From: an uncultured Streptococcus sp.
GTDB taxonomy: Bacteria > Bacillota > Bacilli > Lactobacillales > Streptococcaceae
DNA: 64,000 nucleotides
Reading direction: 5' to 3'
Assembly (NCBI GenBank): GCA_905373305.1
Contig: CAJPSM010000001.1
Span: forward strand, 168 to 64,167
The notes under the pieces are model-generated. The model saw only the letters and a program-made list of their open reading frames with translations, had not been told where the DNA came from and ran no database searches. The position numbers and the translations under genes were made by a program. Below, piece after piece: positions 1 to 9,508 of this stretch (positions are counted from its first letter, which is position 1; each line of letters opens with the position of its first letter).

Positions 1-6
1 TTCATG
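1..6 (-). CDS. rplM: 5' end of a CDS running off the left edge, probably 50S ribosomal protein L13
   Basis: The minus strand reads AGGAGAAATC-ATG-AA. Only the first bases are in the window; the identity is inferred from the upstream L13-leader-like RNA. Confidence 0.6.
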
Positions 7-19
7 ATTTCTCCTATAT

Positions 20-108
20 GAATATCGTTTTTGTTTACAGGGCGGATGTTCCGGTCCGCGGGGTATTTGAAAGGTTCCGGGGCCTTACAAATGGGGTAAA
101 CAATACCG
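20..108 (-). ncRNA. L13 ribosomal protein leader-like structured RNA
   Basis: Closing stem TTGTTTAC/GTAAACAA (31-38 and 96-103) encloses GC-rich segments including GGCCCCGGAA and CCGGAACATCCGCCC. It lies between a sigma70 promoter (TTGACT 139-144, TATGAT 115-120, minus strand) and the RBS. Family assignment is from recall. Confidence 0.7.
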
Positions 109-189
109 TCTACTATCATACCAAATTTTACTACTAAAAGTCAATAGATATGAAAAATATTTTTGCCGATTTCGGTGTTTAACATCTAG

Positions 190-210
190 AAAAACCTCGC
201 TTTTGCGAGG
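190..210 (-). terminator. Intrinsic terminator of the ABC exporter operon
   Basis: CCTCGC-AAAA-GCGAGG followed by TTTTT on the minus strand, just after the stop at 216. Confidence 0.8.
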
Positions 211-215
211 CTCTC

Positions 216-1415
216 CTATTTGTAAGCTAAGGCACGTTTAAAGGTTTTCCAGATTCCCAAATCATCCGTTTGAAGGACTAGGCTGGCATACATACGTCCG
301 ATAAAGACTGTTGCAGTGACTGCAAAAGCAACCGTTATGGCAAGAGAAATCCAAGCTTCCAGACCACTTGCATAACCATTTATAGCTCTAAATGGCATAA
401 AGAAGGTCGAAATGAAAGGAATGTAGGAACCAATTTTCAGAACTAAATTGTCACCAGCAGCACCTAGAGAAGTCACACCGACAAATCCTGCTATAATCAA
501 GATCATCAACGGCGACAAGGCCTTTCCCGAATCCTCAGGGCGAGAAACCATGGATCCTAGGAAGGCTGCTAAAACCACATACATAAAGAGGCTCACTAAG
601 ACAAATAGTAAAGTATTGACCGTGAATGCTTCTCCCAGATGGTTTAAAATACCTGAATTTGCCAAGAATGGTAAATCTTTGAAGAGAAGTAGCGCAGCAA
701 GTCCACCCACTACGTAAATGCCAATGTGAGTTAAAATCACAAGAAGCAAGGCAATCATGCGAGCGTAAAAATAATGACTAGCTCGGATACTAGAGAAGAC
801 CACTTCCATGATTTTGGTTCCTTTCTCGCTGGCTACTTCCTGAGCAGTAACACTAGCATAGGTAATCAAAATCATATAAAGGAAGAAACCAAGCCCTACA
901 GCCGCAATGGTTTGAACCATTTTTTTATTTTCTTTGGATTCGTCAATCTTCTCAGTAAAGTCAACAGTTTGAGCCAGGCGTCTTTCCTGCTCTTGGGACA
1001 AATTAGCCGCCGAGCGATTGAGTTGGTATTGAAGCTCATTGAGCTTATTGGTTACTGCTAGTTTGATGCCACTTTCAAGAGAAGTTTCACCATGGTAAAC
1101 GGCCTTGAGGACACTGTCCTCTTGATCAATAGTTAGATAACCCTTAATTTTCTCATCCTTGATAGCAGCTTGGGCACTGGCCTCATCCTGATAGTCAAAG
1201 TTAATACCATTGGTACCCTTGAGCCCTTCTACTACAGATGGTACAGTTGTCACCACAGCTACCTTGCTATTTTTAGCCATAGAAGATCCTTGAAGATAGC
1301 TAATACCTCCAGTTAGAGCGATAAAAAAGAATGGTGAAATGACCATAAAGAAGAAACTCCAGGACTTGACATGTCGCAGATAAGTTTCTTTAATAACTAC
1401 CCACATATTTCTCAT
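216..1415 (-). CDS. qsrB: ABC-2 type exporter permease (NatB/QsrB-like)
   Basis: 399 aa. One N-terminal TM, a large extracellular loop and five C-terminal TMs; EK..KIMEV motif; 4-bp overlap with the ATPase gene. Confidence 0.85.
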   Translation of the reverse strand: MRNMWVVIKETYLRHVKSWSFFFMVISPFFFIALTGGISYLQGSSMAKNSKVAVVTTVPSVVEGLKGTNGINFDYQDEASAQAAIKDEKIKGYLTIDQEDSVLKAVYHGETSLESGIKLAVTNKLNELQYQLNRSAANLSQEQERRLAQTVDFTEKIDESKENKKMVQTIAAVGLGFFLYMILITYASVTAQEVASEKGTKIMEVVFSSIRASHYFYARMIALLLVILTHIGIYVVGGLAALLLFKDLPFLANSGILNHLGEAFTVNTLLFVLVSLFMYVVLAAFLGSMVSRPEDSGKALSPLMILIIAGFVGVTSLGAAGDNLVLKIGSYIPFISTFFMPFRAINGYASGLEAWISLAITVAFAVTATVFIGRMYASLVLQTDDLGIWKTFKRALAYK

Positions 1416-2305
1416 ACTTCCACCCCTGATTCTAGTTTAAAGATTTCATCGATTGTTGGAGCTTGTTGGTCAAAGGTCGCGATGTATTGACCTCGAGTGA
1501 GGATTGGGAAGAGTTCCCTTCCAGCGCTCTCATCATCTAGGATCAATTTCCAACTACCTTGCTTGGTCAAGCTCACCTGTTTGACATGAGGAAGATTTTC
1601 CAGTTCTTCCTTGCTTCGTTCACTTGAAACAAATAGACGTGTTTTCCCGTATTGATTGCGAACTTCTTGGACCGGGCCATGCAAGACTACACGCCCATCT
1701 CGAATCATGAGAATATCATCGCACAGCTCCTCGACATTGGTCATGACATGGTCTGAAAAGATAATGGTCGCACCACGCTCTTTTTCTTTTAAGATGACCT
1801 GCTTGAGCAGCTCAGTATTGACTGGATCCAGTCCACTAAAAGGTTCATCCAAGATAATCAAGTCTGGTTCATGGATCAGGGTAATAATCAGCTGGATTTT
1901 CTGCTGATTCCCTTTTGAGAGGCTCTTGATTTTGTCGGTCAATTTCCCCTTCACTTCCAGTTTTTCCATCCATTGAGGGAGTTTTTCTTTGACCTCCTTA
2001 GCATCCATGCCTTTCAGGGTAGCCAGGTAGCGAACTTGCTCAAGAACTGTCAACTTGGGCATGAGACTGCGTTCCTCAGGCAGATAACCAATCCGAGCGT
2101 AAGTTTCCTGACGAATCTCCTGTCCATCCAGACTGATCTCTCCTTGATAGTCCAAAAATTTCAAAATACTGTGGAAAATCGTTGTTTTCCCAGCACCATT
2201 TTTCCCGACCAGCCCTAGAATTCGTCCTGGACTTGCCTGAAAATCGACACCAAACAAAACTTGCTTGGAACCGAAACTTTTCTCTAGATTTCTTACTTCT
2301 AGCAT
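1412..2305 (-). CDS. qsrA: ABC exporter ATP-binding protein (NatA/QsrA-like)
   Basis: Walker A GKNGAGKT, signature LSKGN, Walker B IILDEP. Confidence 0.9.
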   Translation of the reverse strand: MLEVRNLEKSFGSKQVLFGVDFQASPGRILGLVGKNGAGKTTIFHSILKFLDYQGEISLDGQEIRQETYARIGYLPEERSLMPKLTVLEQVRYLATLKGMDAKEVKEKLPQWMEKLEVKGKLTDKIKSLSKGNQQKIQLIITLIHEPDLIILDEPFSGLDPVNTELLKQVILKEKERGATIIFSDHVMTNVEELCDDILMIRDGRVVLHGPVQEVRNQYGKTRLFVSSERSKEELENLPHVKQVSLTKQGSWKLILDDESAGRELFPILTRGQYIATFDQQAPTIDEIFKLESGVEV

Positions 2306-2332
2306 TTTCCACCTCCGAAATATGTTGCACTT

Positions 2333-2361
2333 ATTATACTCCTTTTTGATAGCCTTTACAA
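2333..2361 (-). promoter_or_regulatory. Proximal sigma70 promoter of the ABC exporter
   Basis: TTGTAA (2356-2361), 17 bp, TATAAT (2333-2338) on the minus strand. Confidence 0.65.
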
Positions 2362-2444
2362 GGATTTATGTACATTTTTATCTTATTCATCCTTCCTTAA
2401 AAACTAAACTCTCTAAAGTTTTTGAGTACCCAAGTGATAGAACA

Positions 2445-2512
2445 ATTATAATCCAATAAAGTATAGCTGAGAGCTTTTACTCCCCAATTGTTCATTTTTG
2501 ATCCTGAACTGT
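2445..2512 (-). promoter_or_regulatory. ComE/BlpR-type direct-repeat operator and its -10 box
   Basis: Minus strand: ACAGTTCAG (2504-2512), 12 bp, ACAATTGGG (2483-2491), 32 bp, TATAAT (2445-2450). This matches the 9-12-9 LytTR repeat architecture of ComE/BlpR-activated promoters. Confidence 0.75.
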
Positions 2513-2555
2513 CTTCTTGAAACTAAAAATCCACCCCGAAGGATGGATTGATGCT

Positions 2556-4961
2556 TTAACGCACTTCTGCATGGACTTTTTCTTCAAGTGATGCTTGGAT
2601 TTTTTCCATATAGCGTGCGACTTCTTCGTCCGTCAAGCTATCTTCTGGATTTTGGAAGGTTAGGCTATAGGCCATTGACTTCATACCAAGTCCTAGTTTT
2701 TCGCCTGAGAAGACGTCGAAGAGTTTGATATCTGTCAAACGTTTCACGCCGGCAGCTTGGATTGCATCTACAACTTCTTGATGAGTGATTTCTGCCTTGA
2801 GAAGAAGGGCAATATCACGGCTAACTGCTGGGAATTTCGTGATTTCCACGAATGGAGCTGCTGGTTGTAGAGCAGCTTCGATGGCTGAAAGGTTGAGCTC
2901 CGCTACATAAGTTTCTGGGATATCGTAAGCCTTGGCAGTGACTGGATGTACTTGCCCAAGGAAACCAAGAACTTGGTCACCGAGTGAGATTACGGCTGTA
3001 CGTCCTGGGTGAAGGCTAGCGATTTCAGATGTTGCCGTATAAGTTACTTGGAGTCCCAAACGAGTAAAGAGGGCTTCAAGGATTCCCTTAGCATAGAAGA
3101 AATCAACTGGAACTGCTACTGTTTGGAAGTCTTTTTCTGCGACCAATCCTGTCAAGGCAAAGGCAAAGCTGTTGATTTCGTTTGGTAGGTCTTCTTTGGG
3201 ATTGCCTGTTTGTTCAAAGACTTTTCCAATCTCGTAAAGAGCCAAGTTTTTGTTCTTACGCGCTACGTTGTAAGCAACTGTATCAAGGAGACCTGAGACC
3301 ATATTTTGACGGAGGACAGAACGGTCCACTGTCATTGGCCACATGAGTTCCGTAAGGTTGCTTGGTTGAGCTGTGAACTCAACTGCTTTTTCAGGAGTTG
3401 TTAAAGCGTAAGTGATGATCTCTGTCAGACCTGCTCCTTCAGCAATCGTACGAACTTGGCGGCGAAGTTTTTGTGTCGCTGTCAATTCCCCTGCTGTACC
3501 GTCATCTTTTGGAAGACTGGTTGGCAAGCGGTCATACCCATAGATACGAGCGATTTCTTCAAAAAGATCCGCTTCAATAGTGATATCCCAGCGACGACGT
3601 GGTACACTGACTGTAAAGCTTTCTGCATTTCCAGAAAGACCAAAGCCAAGTCGACGGAAGACATCTTCCACATCAGCGTAGGAAAGCTCTGTACCAAGGA
3701 CACGGTTAACATCAGCAAGGGTTGAAGATACTTCTACATCTGAAGTGTCAAGCTCACCCGCTGAAACGATGCCCTTACGCACCGTCGCACCTGCAAGTTC
3801 TGCAATCATGCTAGCTGCAGCATCCAAGGCCTCATTGACTGTTGCCACATTGATCCCTTTTTCAAAACGAGAAGATGATTCAGAGCGTAGGTTAAGACGT
3901 CCACTGGTCTTACGGATAGATTTTCCATTGAAAACAGCTGCTTCAAGGACAACACGACTAGATTTTTCAGAGATTTCTGTTATTTGACCACCCATAACAC
4001 CTGCAAGGGCTACTGGTTTGTCTGCAACAGTGATAACTAGGTCATTTGTTTCCAACTCACGCTCTTCCCCATCCAAGGTCACCAATTTTTCACCAGCACG
4101 CGCCTCACGTACACGGATGTTAGTCCCTTCAAAGGTATCCAAGTCAAAGGCATGCATAGGCTGACCAAAGTAGAGTAGGATATAGTTGGTCACGTCGACC
4201 ACATTGTTAATCGGACGGATGCCTTCGTTCATAAGAAGGTTTTGCAACCATTGTGGACTTGGTGCGATAGTCACATTGTCCAAGATACGAGCTGCATAGT
4301 AAGGTGCCTTGTCTGTTTCAATGCTGACAGAAAGAGCATCTGCTGCAGCTTCATTGATTTCTGTTAAACTGAATTCTTTAAAGTTGACTGCCTTGTCATA
4401 GATAGCTGCTACTTCATGAGCAACTCCACGCATAGAAAGGGCATCCGCACGGTTTGGAGTGATTGAAAGTTCAATGACTTCATCATCCAAATCTAGATAA
4501 GAGAAGACTTCCTCGCCTGGAACTGCATTTTCAGGCAAGATTTGGATACCATCTGCAAATTCCTTTGGTACAACGGAGTCAGAAATGCCTAGTTCACCAA
4601 GTGAACAAATCATTCCAAGTGACTCAAGACCGCGGATTTTCCCTTTTTTGATTTTGTAGTTGTCAGCGATACGAGCTCCCGGAAGTGCCACCATAACCTT
4701 GATACCAGCACGCACATTCGGAGCGCCACAAACGATTTGACGGGCTTCTTCTTCGCCAACATTAACCTGACAAACATGGAGGTGAGTTTCTGGCACATCT
4801 TCGCAAGACAAGACCTCGCCGACGACAATTTTTGAGAGACCAGCAGCAGGTGATTCGACACCTTCTACCTCGATCCCTGTGGTTGACATTTTTTCAGCCA
4901 ACTCTTGTGATGGCACATCAACGTCCACCAATTCTTTTAACCATTTATAAGATACAAGCAT
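2556..4961 (-). CDS. pheT: Phenylalanyl-tRNA synthetase beta subunit
   Basis: 801 aa. MLVSYKWL start, tRNA-binding OB domain (IVCGAPNV), [10 protein letters not shown]-terminal FDX-ACB (FPAVSRD). Confidence 0.98.
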   Translation of the reverse strand: MLVSYKWLKELVDVDVPSQELAEKMSTTGIEVEGVESPAAGLSKIVVGEVLSCEDVPETHLHVCQVNVGEEEARQIVCGAPNVRAGIKVMVALPGARIADNYKIKKGKIRGLESLGMICSLGELGISDSVVPKEFADGIQILPENAVPGEEVFSYLDLDDEVIELSITPNRADALSMRGVAHEVAAIYDKAVNFKEFSLTEINEAAADALSVSIETDKAPYYAARILDNVTIAPSPQWLQNLLMNEGIRPINNVVDVTNYILLYFGQPMHAFDLDTFEGTNIRVREARAGEKLVTLDGEERELETNDLVITVADKPVALAGVMGGQITEISEKSSRVVLEAAVFNGKSIRKTSGRLNLRSESSSRFEKGINVATVNEALDAAASMIAELAGATVRKGIVSAGELDTSDVEVSSTLADVNRVLGTELSYADVEDVFRRLGFGLSGNAESFTVSVPRRRWDITIEADLFEEIARIYGYDRLPTSLPKDDGTAGELTATQKLRRQVRTIAEGAGLTEIITYALTTPEKAVEFTAQPSNLTELMWPMTVDRSVLRQNMVSGLLDTVAYNVARKNKNLALYEIGKVFEQTGNPKEDLPNEINSFAFALTGLVAEKDFQTVAVPVDFFYAKGILEALFTRLGLQVTYTATSEIASLHPGRTAVISLGDQVLGFLGQVHPVTAKAYDIPETYVAELNLSAIEAALQPAAPFVEITKFPAVSRDIALLLKAEITHQEVVDAIQAAGVKRLTDIKLFDVFSGEKLGLGMKSMAYSLTFQNPEDSLTDEEVARYMEKIQASLEEKVHAEVR

Positions 4962-5036
4962 AATTTAGTTCCCCAGAATGACAGTTGTCCCTCTGGTTAT
5001 TTCCTTTCCTATCATTTCAATAGAAGAATCATCTTC

Positions 5037-5546
5037 TTACCTTAATCTCTTTTTTAATAACCAATCTGTATCTACTTTTTGACCAACCATAAAATGATGT
5101 TGGCTAAATTTTTCAAAACCATATCGATTATAAAACGCTTGAGCTTTTGTATTATGCTCCCAAACACCTAACCAAGCCCAGGAAAAACTATTTTTTTCAG
5201 CCAGTTCAAGAGCGAATTCAAAGAGTTGCTTACCAAGTCCAAATCCTTGGAATTTTTGTAGCACATAGAGGCGTTGAATTTCAAAAGCGTCCTCTAATTC
5301 TCTCTCAGTTTGAGCACTTCCCCAGTTGACTTTGAGAAAACCGGCTATCTCCTCTTCATGCATAATGAAATAGGTTTCGGAGTCAGGATTTTCCAACTCA
5401 GTTGACAAAGTTCTCAGACTATATGCCTCTTCAAAGTATTCCTGTAACTGCTCTTCCGTATTATCATGCGCAAATGTTTCACGAAAGGTTTGTTTGGCAA
5501 TTTTAGCCAACACCCCGACATCTGCCATTTCTACTTTTCTAATCAT
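5037..5546 (-). CDS. GNAT family N-acetyltransferase (PaiA-like)
   Basis: QGFGLG acetyl-CoA motif and WLGVWEHN..A..FY..GF; lies between pheS and pheT. Confidence 0.9.
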   Translation of the reverse strand: MIRKVEMADVGVLAKIAKQTFRETFAHDNTEEQLQEYFEEAYSLRTLSTELENPDSETYFIMHEEEIAGFLKVNWGSAQTERELEDAFEIQRLYVLQKFQGFGLGKQLFEFALELAEKNSFSWAWLGVWEHNTKAQAFYNRYGFEKFSQHHFMVGQKVDTDWLLKKRLR

Positions 5547-6592
5547 TATTTAAACTGTTCTGAGAAGCGGACATCCCCTTGGTAGAAACCACGGATATCA
5601 TTGATTCCGTAGCGAAGCATGGCTACACGCTCTTGACCAAGACCAAAGGCAAAACCAGAGTATACCGTTGCATCGATACCACTCATCTCAAGGACACGTG
5701 GGTGAACCATACCGGCACCCATGATTTCGATCCAACCTGTTTTCTTACATACGTTACAGCCTTCTCCGCCACACTTGAAGCAGGAAACATCCACCTCAAC
5801 AGATGGCTCTGTGAATGGGAAGTAAGATGGACGCAGACGGATCTGACGCTCTTCGCCAAACATTTTTTGCACAATCAACTGAAGCGTTCCTTGAAGGTCT
5901 GCCATAGAGATGTTTTTCCCAACAACCAAGCCTTCGATTTGGTGGAATTGGTGACTGTGTGTTGCATCGTCCGTATCACGACGGAACACGCGCCCCGGTG
6001 AGATCATTTTCAAGGGACCTTTTGAAAAATCATGAGCATCCATAGCACGCGCCTGAACTGGAGATGTGTGAGTACGGAGCAGGATTTCTTCTGTGATGTA
6101 GAAAGTGTCCTGCATATCACGGGCTGGGTGGTCTTTAGGAAGATTCATGCGTTCAAAGTTATAGTAGTCTTGCTCCACTTCAAAACCATCCACGACTTGG
6201 TACCCCATACCGATGAAAATATCTTCAATTTCTTCACTAGTTTGTGTCAAAACGTGACGGTGACCAGTCGCAACTGGACGACCTGGAAGGGTCACATCGA
6301 TGCTCTCGCTGGCAAGTTGTGCTTCGACTTTCTTTTCTTCCAAAAGCTTAGCTGTTTCTTCAAAGGCTGCTGTCAAGACGTCACGAGCTTCATTGACGTG
6401 TTTCCCGATAACAGGGCGCATCTCAGCAGAGACATCTTTCATCCCTTTAAGGATTTCAGTCAGTGAACCTTTTTTCCCAAGGACAGAGACACGCAAATCT
6501 TGCATCTCTTTTTCATTCTCAGCAGTAATCTGCTTCAAGCTTGCCAGCGTTTCTTCGCGAAGCGCTTTTAATTGTTCTTCAATAGTTGACAT
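5546..6592 (-). CDS. pheS: Phenylalanyl-tRNA synthetase alpha subunit
   Basis: [37 protein letters not shown]. Confidence 0.98.
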   Translation of the reverse strand: MSTIEEQLKALREETLASLKQITAENEKEMQDLRVSVLGKKGSLTEILKGMKDVSAEMRPVIGKHVNEARDVLTAAFEETAKLLEEKKVEAQLASESIDVTLPGRPVATGHRHVLTQTSEEIEDIFIGMGYQVVDGFEVEQDYYNFERMNLPKDHPARDMQDTFYITEEILLRTHTSPVQARAMDAHDFSKGPLKMISPGRVFRRDTDDATHSHQFHQIEGLVVGKNISMADLQGTLQLIVQKMFGEERQIRLRPSYFPFTEPSVEVDVSCFKCGGEGCNVCKKTGWIEIMGAGMVHPRVLEMSGIDATVYSGFAFGLGQERVAMLRYGINDIRGFYQGDVRFSEQFK

Positions 6593-6617
6593 AATTCCTC
6601 CATCAGTCGCTTATCAG

Positions 6618-6825
6618 ATAAAAAGAAAACCACATGTCAAAAACTCCACTCGGAGCGTTGACACGCGGTACCATCCGTTTTCATCTGACAAGTCAGACCT
6701 TCATTTCTAAATCCATGCGCAAGTGAATTCACCCAGCTTTCATATAGAGAGCTTGCAGTCACGGCTCTCCTCCCTGATATACTTCCCTTGAGTTACTAGT
6801 CTTGCGGATTTCTATTCAATTACTA
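6618..6825 (-). promoter_or_regulatory. T-box riboswitch (Phe)
   Basis: Minus strand has T-box AAACGGATGGTACCGCG, terminator TGTCAACGCTCCGAGTGGAGTTTTTGACA plus a U tract, and specifier loop GAA-TTC with the UUC (Phe) codon at 6725-6727, directly upstream of pheS. Confidence 0.93.
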
Positions 6826-6865
6826 CTTAGTTTATCAGATTTTTACCATTCTTGCAAGACCTATC

Positions 6866-7516
6866 TCACTTCTGCTTGCCTTTAAATCGCCACTGAAAGC
6901 GAAGCTTGTCGTAGAAAGGAAACTCTATAAACAGGACTCCCAAGCCTACACAGAGACTGGCAAGGACGTCTGATGGGTAGTGAACTCCCAGATAGACCCT
7001 TGATACCAACACACTGACTAGGTAAAGACCAAGGACGATTTGCGCGATTTTTCTCCAGACTGGATCTTTAATTCGTTGACTGAGAATGACAATCAAAGCA
7101 CCTACCATCAAGGTTACAGCCAAAGAATGGCCGCTTGGGAAGGAAAATCCCTTCTCCTCTACCAAGTGTAAGATAGCTGGTCGTGGGCGCTGGTAGATAT
7201 TTTTAAAGGTCACAATCAAAAGACCAGCTAAGGCTAGATTGCCCGCCATGAAGTAGCTTTCTATCTTCCACTGCTTACGATAAAAGATAAAGGCTGCGAT
7301 GGCAACCCAGGTGATAATCACTGGGATATCAATCAAATGCGTAAGCGAACGGAACAGAACTGTCAAATAATCTGGTAAGTCTCCTCGAACGGCAGTCTGA
7401 ATCGGTTGGTCAAAACCGACCAGCGTTTCAGGGTAAAACTTAACCATATAGCCAAGAAGGACGAAAAGTAAAAGGGCAAAACTGCCCTTCATTAAAAATG
7501 TTTGTTTATCTCTCAT
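6866..7516 (-). CDS. PAP2 family membrane phosphatase
   Basis: K...RPRP, SFPSGH and SRVYLGVHYPSD motifs. Confidence 0.93.
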   Translation of the reverse strand: MRDKQTFLMKGSFALLLFVLLGYMVKFYPETLVGFDQPIQTAVRGDLPDYLTVLFRSLTHLIDIPVIITWVAIAAFIFYRKQWKIESYFMAGNLALAGLLIVTFKNIYQRPRPAILHLVEEKGFSFPSGHSLAVTLMVGALIVILSQRIKDPVWRKIAQIVLGLYLVSVLVSRVYLGVHYPSDVLASLCVGLGVLFIEFPFYDKLRFQWRFKGKQK

Positions 7517-8069
7517 AATGTTTTAAGGTGGGTTTCAAAAGGACGTATAACAACCAGAATGAAATGGCAAAGATTACACCTTCAATCAAGTTAAAAGGCA
7601 ATACCATAGTCATGAGGTAGTTGGAAAGTCCCATAATTTTTCCAATATCAAAGTTGGCAAACTTCGCGTACAAAGGAACAGCATAGACATAGTTGAGAAG
7701 CAACATAGCAGAAGTCAATCCGACAGTTCCCGCTAGAGATGCTAGAAGGAAACGAAGGGTTGTCCGTTCCTTTTTCCAAATCAAACCAAAGGCGATAACA
7801 AAAACTCCCAAGGCTACGATATTCATTGGCAACCCAATGTAAGTATTCACTCCCTGGCTATTGAGAAGTAACTTCAAGAGTGATCGCAGCAAGAGAATCC
7901 CTAGTGCAGCTGGCAAATCCATCACCACCAAGCCCACAAGGACTGGCAAAATACTAAACTCGATCTTGAGGAAGGTTGCCGCTGGCAAGAGCGGAAAGTC
8001 AAAGTACATCAGCACAAATGAAATGGCTGATAAAATCGCAATGGTCGAAATTCGACGTGTGTTTGTCAT
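7506..8069 (-). CDS. ribU: ECF riboflavin transporter S component RibU
   Basis: About 187 aa, hydrophobic, ending LPFNLIEG; downstream of an FMN riboswitch. Start reset to ATG 8069 after RBS GGAGG. Confidence 0.9.
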   Translation of the reverse strand: MTNTRRISTIAILSAISFVLMYFDFPLLPAATFLKIEFSILPVLVGLVVMDLPAALGILLLRSLLKLLLNSQGVNTYIGLPMNIVALGVFVIAFGLIWKKERTTLRFLLASLAGTVGLTSAMLLLNYVYAVPLYAKFANFDIGKIMGLSNYLMTMVLPFNLIEGVIFAISFWLLYVLLKPTLKHYER

Positions 8070-8223
8070 AACAGGTTCCTCCAATTTTCTATAAAATCAG
8101 AAGAAGTTGGAAAGGATCCCTCTATCTATTCTCACTTTTTATATCCCAAAAGTTCCCCCTCACTCTTTTGAGCAAGCGGTTGCAATTCATCAATAAACTC
8201 ATCAGAACAGACAAAGCTATTCT

Positions 8224-8560
8224 TTCGTCTTCTCCCATCCAGACTATACTGTCGGTTGTGGAATCGCACCACATCAGCTTGCGCTCGCGGACTTCTTTAA
8301 AGGGAAGGAAATAGAGATTTTTCTTTTAGACGAGGCGACAAGCTATAGGCATAACTTCCAGTTAGGCAAAACTTGTCAACAAAGTTTTAAAGGAAAAATT
8401 TTTTCCTAATGATACTCAATGAAAATCAAAGAACAAACTAGGAAGCTAGCCGCTGGCTGTACTTGAGTACGGCAAGGCGAAGCTGACGTGGTTTGAATTG
8501 GATTTTCGAAGAGTATTAAAGTCACCGCCGGTCGGGAATTGCACCCAGCCCTGAAGACCC
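8224..8560 (-). ncRNA. FMN (RFN) riboswitch with a long P3 insertion
   Basis: 5' half GGGTCTTCAGGGCTGGGTGCAATTCCCGACCGGCGGTGAC (8521-8560). 3' half AGTCCGCGAGCG...GATGTGGTGCGATTCCACAACCGACAGTATAGTCTGGATGGGAGAAGAC (8226-8293). Upstream of ribU. Confidence 0.92.
8412..8518 (-). repeat. BOX element (boxA + boxC, no boxB)
   Basis: Minus strand: TAATACTCTTCGAAAATCCAATTCAAACCACGTCAGCTTCGCCTTGCCGTA (boxA-like), then GCGGCTAGCTTCCTAGTTTGTTCTTTGATTTTCATTGAGTAT (boxC-like); terminal ATACTC inverted repeats. Confidence 0.9.
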
Positions 8561-8564
8561 TTTA

Positions 8565-8600
8565 ATCATAACAAAAAACGCTTGCAAGTGCAAGCATTTT
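8565..8600 (-). promoter_or_regulatory. Promoter of the riboswitch-ribU transcript, overlapping the trmL terminator
   Basis: TTGCAC, 17 bp, TG-T-TATGAT on the minus strand. The same bases form the hairpin GCTTGCAC-TTGCAAGC plus a T tract. Confidence 0.7.
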
Positions 8601-8602
8601 GA

Positions 8603-9106
8603 TTATTTCAATTTATCTGCTTCATAGGTGTGAACAAGCTCAAGACCTGCAAAATTCTGCTGACGAAGAGCCTCGTAGACAATCATGCAGACGGTATTCG
8701 AAACATTGAGGCTACGAACATGTTCATCATTCATAGGAATACGGAGAGCCTTTTCGGGATGGTCTCGCATAAAGTCCTCAGGCAAGCCCTTGTCTTCACG
8801 TCCAAAGAGAAAATAATGGTCCTCGTCAGTCGATAAATCTACCTCAGAATACACCTTCTCAGCAAATTTCGAAATCAGATAGAGTTTACCCTTCATCTGA
8901 GACATAAAATCTTCCAAACTGTCATAAAAATGAATCTCTAACTTATCCCAATAATCTAATCCAGCTCGCTTCATCTTGCGATCATCAATCGGAAATCCCA
9001 TCGGTTTGATGATGTGAAGGGGAGAATTGGTCGCAGCGCAAGTACGCGCAATGTTACCTGTATTTTGTGGAATCTGAGGTTCAAATAATACAATGTGATT
9101 TGTCAT
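8603..9106 (-). CDS. trmL: tRNA (cytidine(34)-2'-O)-methyltransferase, SPOUT family
   Basis: [37 protein letters not shown]. Start reset to ATG 9106. Confidence 0.93.
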   Translation of the reverse strand: MTNHIVLFEPQIPQNTGNIARTCAATNSPLHIIKPMGFPIDDRKMKRAGLDYWDKLEIHFYDSLEDFMSQMKGKLYLISKFAEKVYSEVDLSTDEDHYFLFGREDKGLPEDFMRDHPEKALRIPMNDEHVRSLNVSNTVCMIVYEALRQQNFAGLELVHTYEADKLK

Positions 9107-9129
9107 GACTTGCTTCCTTTCACCATTGC

Positions 9130-9231
9130 AAAAAAATAGCCACACTGCCCGGAGTCAAGCTCAGCAAACAGCGTGGTTAAGGCATCGTTAACTTACCTCA
9201 CAACAGGTTTGAAGTAAATCAGCGAAGCTAC
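9130..9231 (-). ncRNA. Structured leader of trmL (23S-methyl RNA motif-like) ending in a terminator
   Basis: Follows promoter TTGACA (9260-9265) / TATACT (9238-9243). Two hairpins; the second, AACCACGCTGTTTG...CGGGCAGTGTGGCT, is followed by a T tract. The position upstream of a SPOUT methyltransferase fits the Lactobacillales 23S-methyl motif (recall). Confidence 0.65.
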
Positions 9232-9508
9232 TTTCTTAGTATAACACTTTCAGAATCATTGTCAATAGAAACGACTTGATTTTTTTACTTTTTTTGATAA
9301 TATTTCCATACTTAGTCATTCTTTTTCTGAGAAAGGATATTAAATGAGCGAAATCACTTCATATAATAGACATTTCTATGAAAGGTGAGCAATTTTATCT
9401 TTGAAAACTTACAAAAAGTCTTTTCTTATCCTCTAAAATGGCTTGGCAAGTGCATTTTTTGCGAAAAAAGGGTATGATAGTTACATCATGAAAAAGTAGG
9501 GTTTTTAT

